DNA of 32,000 nucleotides from Microcystis aeruginosa NIES-843 (GTDB taxonomy: Bacteria; Cyanobacteriota; Cyanobacteriia; Cyanobacteriales; Microcystaceae): positions 5,430,001-5,462,000 of the forward strand of contig NC_010296.1 in assembly GCF_000010625.1 (NCBI RefSeq). The letters run 5' to 3'. Shown here one piece after another: positions 8,954-15,510 of the stretch. Position 1 is the stretch's first letter. Each line of letters opens with the position of its first letter. The position numbers and the translations under genes were made by a program. A model generated the notes under the pieces. That model was not told the DNA's origin and did not search any database. It saw nothing but the letters and a program-made list of their open reading frames with translations.

Positions 8954-9214
8954 ACAAAATACATACCTAATTTTTTATAGAGTTTAACTATAAAATTACT
9001 TTTTAGTAATTTTACGGGGGAAAACGACTATTCTTTGAAGAATAGCGGTGATTTGAGAGCAAAAAGATAGCAACTAAAATAAAAATTAGCTTTTTTGTCT
9101 AGGAGACAAACTAGATAATAGTTTGGGAATAATTAAAAGTGATAATAGAGGGATTGTACAGTAATTAGGTCATTTTGATAATCTTTCTCGATAGATGGGT
9201 ATCAACAAGGCTGG

Positions 9215-10039
9215 TTAGATCAGGTAGGAACACCAATCACTCCAACCTCCAGAATATAGCTTAACATTGTCGTATCCGGCTAGGGTAAGGGAAAGGATAT
9301 TGACACAGGCTGTCACTCCCGAACCACAGTAGAGGATAATTTCTCGATCGCCTTGCCGCTCTTGCCAACGTTGTGTTTGCAGGTCCTGGGGTTGAGAAAA
9401 ACCCTGACTATCGGTGACTTCTAACCAGGGATAATTCAGCGCCCCCTCGATGTGGCCGGCGATCGGATCGATCGGTTCCCTTTCACCCCGATAGCGATCG
9501 CTTTCCCTGGCATCAATTAACACCACTCCCGCTTGCTCTTTGTGCCTTTTTACCTGCTCAATTGTGACTACCCAATCCTCTTGAACTTGGGGGAGAAAAG
9601 CGCCGGTTTTCGGCACAGGTATCTGATTAGAGACGGGATAACCGGCATTTAACCAATTTTGCCAACCACCATCGAGAATACTGACTTTTTCATGGCCCAG
9701 ATAACGCAATAACCACCAGAGACGACTGGCAAAGGCAAAACGGGAGGCATCGTAGGCGATGACATGGGTTTGGCCGGAAATCACCCCTAGAGAGCTTAAT
9801 TTGGCGGCTATTGTCGGCGGATTCGGTAAAGGATGACGTCCGCCATGACGGGCAACGGGAGCCGATAAATCGCGATCGAGGTGTAAATAGAAGGCATTTT
9901 CAATGTGATTGGCTAAATACTCTTGATAACCGAGATCGGGATCATTTAATTGAAAACGACAGTCAATAACCATCAGATCGGGGCGATCGAGATTAGTCAC
10001 TAACCAACTAGGAGAAACGAGGGGCGCGATCGGATTCAT
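9215..10039 (-). CDS. Tandem-rhodanese sulfurtransferase (thiosulfate/3-mercaptopyruvate type, SseA-like)
   Basis: 274-aa ORF with two rhodanese halves and the active-site loop YCGSGVTAC near the C-terminus. The N-terminus SPSWL...VIDCR is typical. Confidence 0.85.
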   Translation of the reverse strand: MNPIAPLVSPSWLVTNLDRPDLMVIDCRFQLNDPDLGYQEYLANHIENAFYLHLDRDLSAPVARHGGRHPLPNPPTIAAKLSSLGVISGQTHVIAYDASRFAFASRLWWLLRYLGHEKVSILDGGWQNWLNAGYPVSNQIPVPKTGAFLPQVQEDWVVTIEQVKRHKEQAGVVLIDARESDRYRGEREPIDPIAGHIEGALNYPWLEVTDSQGFSQPQDLQTQRWQERQGDREIILYCGSGVTACVNILSLTLAGYDNVKLYSGGWSDWCSYLI

Positions 10040-10451
10040 GGCGGGAAAATTGTTTAATAATTAACAGACAGTTGCGCTGATCTTTGCTGCGAGTATAACT
10101 GAGTTGATCGGCGATTTTTTGGAGGATCGGCAGTCCTTGCCCATGACCAGAGAAACTATGGTCAAGATGGGCATTTTTCTCGATAAAGCCCTCTAAATCG
10201 AAGACAGAACCCCGATCCCAGATGCGAATTTCCATCCGGGATCGGCTAATCTCGATTTCGATCTCGATCGGGATTTCGGGGGGGAGGTGTCGGTGAGCGT
10301 GACGGACTGCATTGGTAAAACCTTCGGCAAGAGCAAGCTGACACTGGAGCCAGTCTTTTTGGGCAATGCCCGCTGGTTCGAGTTGCTCAAAATACTTTAA
10401 AACGGTATCTAAGGACCTGAGATCGCTATCTACCTGAAAAGAAATCTTCAC
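10008..10451 (-). CDS. Anti-sigma regulatory factor-type Ser/Thr kinase (RsbW/SpoIIAB-like HATPase_c)
   Basis: N-box EGFTNAVRHA and G-box GHGQGLPIL. I prefer the GTG start at 10451 (VKISFQVDSDL..., ~147 aa) over the track's TTG at 10562. The 3-prime end overlaps the sulfurtransferase start by 32 nt. Confidence 0.75.
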   Translation of the reverse strand: MKISFQVDSDLRSLDTVLKYFEQLEPAGIAQKDWLQCQLALAEGFTNAVRHAHRHLPPEIPIEIEIEISRSRMEIRIWDRGSVFDLEGFIEKNAHLDHSFSGHGQGLPILQKIADQLSYTRSKDQRNCLLIIKQFSRHESDRAPRFS

Positions 10452-10621
10452 CCCCAGTTTACCTCTGCAATGCCTTACGCTAGAAGTTATACCATTTTTC
10501 CAAAACGATGACTGATGTATTAGCTCGATTCTGGATTTAATCCTGTCTTGAGGTACAAGCAAAGTCGTCCACTCCCCTCTAGTGTAAGCAGTAAGATTGA
10601 GATAGTCGAGTCACAAAAAAG

Positions 10622-11758
10622 ATGGTACGAATTCTAGTAATTGATGATGATGGAGTAATTCAAACGTTTTTGAGCCGCGCTTTGCAGAAGGAATACGAGG
10701 TTTTTGTTGCCAGTGATGGGGAAGAAGGATTAAAGCAAGCGGGGCAAATAAAACCGGCGATGATTATTTGTGATTGGATGATGCCGGGGATCGATGGGTT
10801 GGAAGTTTGCCGGCAAATTAAGCTCAATCCCCAACTGTCAACGACTTTTTTTATCCTCTTAACTTCTTTGGGATCGGTGGGGGATCGGGTGAAGGGATTG
10901 GATGCGGGGGCAGATGATTTTTTATGTAAACCGATCGAGATTAATGAGTTAAGAGCGCGCGTGCGGGCGGGAATGCGTTTGCATCAATTAAGTCATGATC
11001 TGCGAGCGCAAAAACAATTACTAGAAATGGAGTTAGCGGAAGCTGCGGAATATGTGCGATCGCTGTTACCAGAGCCTTTCATTTCTCCAAAACTTGCTAT
11101 CGATTTTCGCTTCCTTCCTTCTCGTCGATTGGGGGGGGATGGCTTTGATTATTATTGGTTAGATAATGACCATTTGGTGTTATATCTTTTAGATGTGGCG
11201 GGCCATGGTTTGCGAGCGGCTTTACCCTCTCTTTCGGTGATTAATTTACTCCGTTCTCGTGGTTTAAGTCAGGTGAATTACTATCAACCTAATCAGGTTT
11301 TACAGGGGTTAAATCAAGTGTATCAAATCAGCCCTAGGAATGATAAATATTTTACTATTTGGTACGGAATTTATGATCAGAAACAACAACAGTTAACCTA
11401 TGCCAGTGCCGGTCATCCCCCGGCAGTTCTCCTGACTCAAAAACCTTTTGGACAGATGATTGAAACCAGACTGAAAGCCCCCGGTTTTCCCATCGGGATG
11501 TTTCCAGAAGCAGAATATATCAATCAGGTTCAATCCCTGAATTTCTCCAGTAGCCTTTATCTTTTTAGCGATGGAATTTACGAGATCGATTGTGCTGATG
11601 GTAGGATGTGGGGACTAGAAAACTTTATTCAATCTTTACGAAATTATCACTGTAATTCTGCTAAAAATCTTGATAATTTTATTGAAAAAATTCAAGCTTT
11701 ACAATTTGATGGTAATTTTAGGGATGATCTTTCGATCATGCAGGTGGATTTTCGTTAA
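10622..11758 (+). CDS. Response-regulator receiver domain fused to a PP2C/SpoIIE-type phosphatase (RsbU-like)
   Basis: 378-aa ORF. REC motifs are VIDDD, ICDWMMPGIDG and LCKP. Phosphatase motifs are GGDGFDYYWL, LLDVAGHG, ASAGHPP and DDLSIMQV. Confidence 0.85.
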   Translation: MVRILVIDDDGVIQTFLSRALQKEYEVFVASDGEEGLKQAGQIKPAMIICDWMMPGIDGLEVCRQIKLNPQLSTTFFILLTSLGSVGDRVKGLDAGADDFLCKPIEINELRARVRAGMRLHQLSHDLRAQKQLLEMELAEAAEYVRSLLPEPFISPKLAIDFRFLPSRRLGGDGFDYYWLDNDHLVLYLLDVAGHGLRAALPSLSVINLLRSRGLSQVNYYQPNQVLQGLNQVYQISPRNDKYFTIWYGIYDQKQQQLTYASAGHPPAVLLTQKPFGQMIETRLKAPGFPIGMFPEAEYINQVQSLNFSSSLYLFSDGIYEIDCADGRMWGLENFIQSLRNYHCNSAKNLDNFIEKIQALQFDGNFRDDLSIMQVDFR

Positions 11759-12082
11759 TTAACTTCCGAGGATTTTTTGTTCTAATTCTTCTCGGTTATT
11801 AAAAATTTCAAAAACTCGATCCATATCGGTCAATTCAAACAACATTTTTATCTGATCATTAATCGAGCAGATCAATAGTTTACCCCCCGCAGAACGTACG
11901 GTTTTTAAGGATAAAACTAGCGCCCCTAAACCAGAACTATCCATAAAGGTGACATTCTTGAAATCAACGATAATAACTTCTGACCCTTCCTGCACGGCTT
12001 CGGCAATTTCTTGGCGAAATTCGCTGGCTTGGTTGCCATCTAAAATACCGGATGGTTGAATAACTTTGATGGAAGAACTCAT
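11759..12082 (-). CDS. STAS-domain anti-sigma factor antagonist (RsbV/SpoIIAA-like)
   Basis: 107-aa ORF with the FMDSSGLGAL phospho-serine motif and a typical length. Confidence 0.85.
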   Translation of the reverse strand: MSSSIKVIQPSGILDGNQASEFRQEIAEAVQEGSEVIIVDFKNVTFMDSSGLGALVLSLKTVRSAGGKLLICSINDQIKMLFELTDMDRVFEIFNNREELEQKILGS

Positions 12083-12227
12083 AAAAAAAAGTAAAAATTA
12101 AATGTTTTCTACCTGCTCACTCATAACGACTCGCTGAAATCTGCTGACAGCAGCTAATCTTTAACTATTTTTAACATATTAAGGCCAAGAAAAGCGCAAA
12201 ATTAAAAATAGGAATTTTTGAAACTGT

Positions 12228-13874
12228 ATGGAAAGTTACGATGTCATCCTCATCGGTGCGGGGCATAATGGTTTAGTTTGTGCCGCCTATCTCCTCAAAG
12301 CCGGTTATCGCGTCCTCCTTCTGGAACAGCGTAGCGTACCAGGAGGAGCGGCTACCACAGAAGCGGTTATCCCAGATCTGGCCCCCGATTTTAAGTTTAA
12401 TCTCTGTGCGATCGATCACGAATTTATCTTTTTAGGACCGGTAATTGAGGAATTGGAGCTAAAACGCCACGGATTAGAGTATTTATTCTTCGATCCTACC
12501 GTTTTCTGTCCCCATCCCTCTGGCCAATATTTTCTTTCCTATCGCTCTCTGGAAAAAACTCACGCCGCAATTGCCCAGTTTTGTCCGCGAGATGCCGATC
12601 GCTACCTTCAGTTTATCGACTATTGGGCACAGTTGCTGAATGCGATCGGTCCTTGGTTTAACGCTCCGCCCCAAGATTTGCTCAGAATCGCCCGCAATTA
12701 TAACTCTAGTGCCTTAGCTAGTGTCTGGAAAGCGATCGGCTCGAAAAAGAAACTGCTCGACTTCATCCGCACGATGATTACTTCCCCCGAAGATGTCCTC
12801 AATGAGTGGTTTGAGAGCGAATTTGTCAAAGCACCCCTGGCTCGTCTAGCGGCGGAAATTGGCGCTCCTCCCTCCCAAAAAGGCATTACCTCCGGGATGA
12901 TGATGATGGCGATGCGTCACTCCCCCGGGGTGGCTCGCCCTCGTGGTGGTACGGGCGCACTAACCGAGGCTCTGGTGAAATGTGTTGTCAGTCTCGGTGG
13001 GGTAATTTTAACCGAGCAGAAGGTTAAACAGATTCTAATGGAGGAAGGACAAGCGATCGGGGTTAGAGTGGACTCTGGACAAGAATATCTGGCAAAAGCG
13101 GGTGTTATCTCTAATATTGACGCTAGACGAGTCTTTTTACAGTTAGTCGCCCCCGCCGATGTGGATGCCGCCGATCCAGAATTGCGAGAAAGGGTAGAAC
13201 GGCGAATTGTCAATAACAATGAAACAATTCTTAAAATTGATTGCGCCCTCGCCGAAGCACCAAGGTTCGAGGCTTACGATCACAAAGAGGAGTATTTACA
13301 GGGAACGATTCTCATCGCCGATTCCGTGCGTCACGTTGAACAGGCCCACGCTTTAACGATTTTGGGGCAGATTCCCGACGAAAATCCCTCGATGTACCTA
13401 GATGTACCCACTATTCTCGATCCCTCCATGGCTCCCCAGGGCAAGCATACCCTCTGGATCGAATTTTTTGCCCCCTATCAGATTGCCGGGGCCGAGGGAA
13501 CAGGATTAAACGGCACGGGATGGACGGAAGAATTAAAAAATCGCGTGGCCGATCGAGTTCTTGATAAACTGGCCGATTATGCCCCAAATCTCAAATCCGC
13601 CATTATTGCCCGTCGGGTGGAAAGTCCGGCCGAATTAGCTAATCGTTTGGGTTCCTATAAAGGTAATTACTATCATCTTGATATGACCTTAGATCAGATG
13701 ATTTTCCTGCGTCCTTTGCCGGAAATAGCTAACTACAAAACCCCAATTAAAAACCTTTATTTAACTGGGGCAGGAACTCACCCCGGCGGCTCAATTTCGG
13801 GAATGCCGGGGCGCAATTGCGCTCAGGTTTTCCTGCGGGATCGAAGCACTTTTCTGCAAAGATTATTCAACTAA
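12228..13874 (+). CDS. crtO: CrtI-family FAD-dependent oxidoreductase, probable CrtO-type beta-carotene ketolase
   Basis: 548-aa ORF with the N-terminal dinucleotide fold YDVILIGAGHNGLVCAAYLLKAGYRVLLLEQRSVPGGAATTE (the HNGL subtype seen in CrtO-type enzymes) and C-terminal LYLTGAGTHPGGSISGMPGRN. The CrtO assignment is from memory of the family, not from a search. Confidence 0.6.
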   Translation: MESYDVILIGAGHNGLVCAAYLLKAGYRVLLLEQRSVPGGAATTEAVIPDLAPDFKFNLCAIDHEFIFLGPVIEELELKRHGLEYLFFDPTVFCPHPSGQYFLSYRSLEKTHAAIAQFCPRDADRYLQFIDYWAQLLNAIGPWFNAPPQDLLRIARNYNSSALASVWKAIGSKKKLLDFIRTMITSPEDVLNEWFESEFVKAPLARLAAEIGAPPSQKGITSGMMMMAMRHSPGVARPRGGTGALTEALVKCVVSLGGVILTEQKVKQILMEEGQAIGVRVDSGQEYLAKAGVISNIDARRVFLQLVAPADVDAADPELRERVERRIVNNNETILKIDCALAEAPRFEAYDHKEEYLQGTILIADSVRHVEQAHALTILGQIPDENPSMYLDVPTILDPSMAPQGKHTLWIEFFAPYQIAGAEGTGLNGTGWTEELKNRVADRVLDKLADYAPNLKSAIIARRVESPAELANRLGSYKGNYYHLDMTLDQMIFLRPLPEIANYKTPIKNLYLTGAGTHPGGSISGMPGRNCAQVFLRDRSTFLQRLFN

Positions 13875-13969
13875 TACTAAATCCGTTGAGTATAGGCTAC
13901 ATATTGGGAGAGGCACTCATGCAAAGGGGGAGAAGACATAATCAGTTTTTAATAACCGGATTTAGTATT
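13873..13969. repeat. Perfect 13-bp inverted repeat (AATACTAAATCCG / CGGATTTAGTATT) enclosing 71 nt
   Basis: The arms at 13873-13885 and 13957-13969 are exact reverse complements. The left arm overlaps the crtO stop codon (13872-13874). Confidence 0.7.
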
Positions 13970-14024
13970 GTAAAGTTTCAATACAAATATAGTCAGATAT
14001 AGTCAGGTAAGGTAATATATAGAC

Positions 14025-14189
14025 ATGAAACTATCAGACTAGGCAAAAAAAACAGGAATAAGTTATCGAACGGCTTGGAGGTGGTGGAAACAAGGGAATT
14101 TAACAGGCTATCAATTGCCTTCTGGTACAATTATGACAACGGATGACAACCCTTCAAAACCCGACGCTGAGTTAAAAGACAACGAATAA
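14025..14189 (+). pseudogene. tnpA: Remnant of an IS607-type serine-recombinase TnpA (N-terminal HTH only, with an in-frame stop)
   Basis: Translation is MKLSD*AKKTGISYRTAWRWWKQGNLTGYQLPSGTIMTTDDNPSKPDAELKDNE**, with TAG at 14040-14042. It ends in TAATAATG, which overlaps the tnpB ATG at 14192. No catalytic recombinase domain is present. Confidence 0.6.
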
Positions 14190-14191
14190 TA

Positions 14192-15416
14192 ATGTTAGTA
14201 GCAGAAAGACACATTATCAAGAAAGGACATCGATTTTGGGCTGAGATAGATAATTTATCTTGGCAGTCTAAAAATCTTTACAACTCAGCCAATTATTTAA
14301 TCCGACAAAACTTCATTTATGGTCATGGCTATTTGACCTATAATCAGATGGCTTCTCTGATGAAAAAGACAGAACAGTATCAAGCTTTACCCGCTAAAGT
14401 TTCCCAACAAGTTTTAAGAGGATTAGACCAGAACTGGCAATCATTTTTTGCCGCTTCATCAGAGTTTAAAAGTCACCCCGATAAATTTCTGGTCAAACCC
14501 AAAATCCCTGGCTATAAGGAGCCAAAAAAAGGACGAAATCTCTTAGTTTACACGATTCAAGCTATAAGCAAAGTAGGTCTTCGGCAAGGGTTAGTCAAAC
14601 TATCACCGGACTTCAATTGCCTTGCCGACGAGAGTGGTGGAGCGCATAGCAGAAGTCAGAATAGTTCCTAAATGTGATTGTTATGTAATCGAGGTAATTT
14701 ATGAGAAAACTGAACAGTTCTTAGCTCCTAATGAAAAGATAGCTGTGATAGATTTAGGCATAGATAATTTGATGGCTGTAACTTCAAATCAACCGGACTT
14801 TATCCCTTTGTTGATTAATGGCAGACCGTTAAAAAGCCTGAATCAATTTTATAACCAACGTCGGGCTAAGTTACAATCTCTGTTAAAAGGCAATCGTCAA
14901 AGTTCCCAGAGGATTCGCCGTTTAACCCGTTGCCGTAATCAGAAGATAGATAATTATCTTCACCGAGCTAGTCGTTATTTAGTCAATCTCTTAGTTGACC
15001 AAGAGATAACAACTTTAGTAATTGGGAAAAATGACGGTTGGAAACAAGAAGTGAACTTAGGAAAAGTCAACAATCAAAAATTTGTGACCATCCCTCATGC
15101 TCGATTAATTGAGATGATTAGTTATAAATGTCAATTAGAAGGAATCTCTGTGATTCTTCAAGAAGAATCCTATACCTCAGCTTCTAATTTTTTGAATTTA
15201 GATCCGCTACCAGTGTATGGACAGATAACTGAAAAGCCAGTGTTTTCAGGAAAAAGAATTTCGCGAGGTTTATATCGTACAGATAAGGGGATTCTGGTTC
15301 AATCTGATGTCATGGGTTCCTACAATATTTTACGAAAAGCATTCCCAAATGCGTTTAACCGCTATGGGATAGAGAGGTGCGTAGTTCACCCAAGGAGAAT
15401 CAATCTCTCGAAGTAA
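14192..15416 (+). pseudogene. tnpB: TnpB (IS605 OrfB / RNA-guided endonuclease family) split by a +1 frameshift
   Basis: ORFs 14192-14671 and 14622-15416 together give about 407 aa. The N-terminal part is typical of TnpB (YNQMASLMKKTEQYQALPAKVSQQVLRGLDQNWQSFF). RuvC motifs are IAVIDLGIDN, LQEESYTS and QSDVMGSYNILRK. The two frames overlap as open frames only in 14595-14668. Confidence 0.85.
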
Positions 15417-15510
15417 AAGTGAAAGGAATTTCTGAAATGGAATTCAGTCTGTCTATATTTGACTATACTTTTACTAACTATGACAACAATTTTTGATTTT
15501 TGCAGGAGAG

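Larger units (their letters stand above)
13986..15510 (+). mobile_element. Decayed IS607/IS1341-type insertion sequence (tnpA HTH stub plus frameshifted tnpB); ends approximate
   Basis: Gene content is given in the next two features. The left side carries a direct repeat atatagtcag x2 (13988-14007). The right boundary is limited by the convergent ABC gene stop at 15511. Confidence 0.6.

Noticed and set aside
9494-9501. Enrichment of the HIP1 octamer GCGATCGC (also seen near 11056, 16008, 24108, 27737 and 30729) and of CGATCG cores
   Set aside because: This is a real but well-known cyanobacterial genome signature. I used it only as supporting evidence for taxonomic origin.
10452-10562. Longer N-terminus for the RsbW-like kinase from a TTG at 10562
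   Set aside because: The extra 37 residues have no counterpart in this ~140-aa family. GTG at 10451 gives the usual (M)KISFQV... start. Still uncertain.
12483-13219. Minus-strand ORFs (63, 62 and 100 aa) inside the crtO-like gene. Similar internal or antisense ORFs occur inside other genes (3395-3616, 7414-7683, 10193-10390, 16688-17584, 18582-18908, 19268-19648, 22404-22589, 24680-25360, 25652-26392, 26396-26677, 28993-30438, 30881-31126).
   Set aside because: All are nested in or antisense to longer ORFs with strong domain signatures. None shows a motif of its own.
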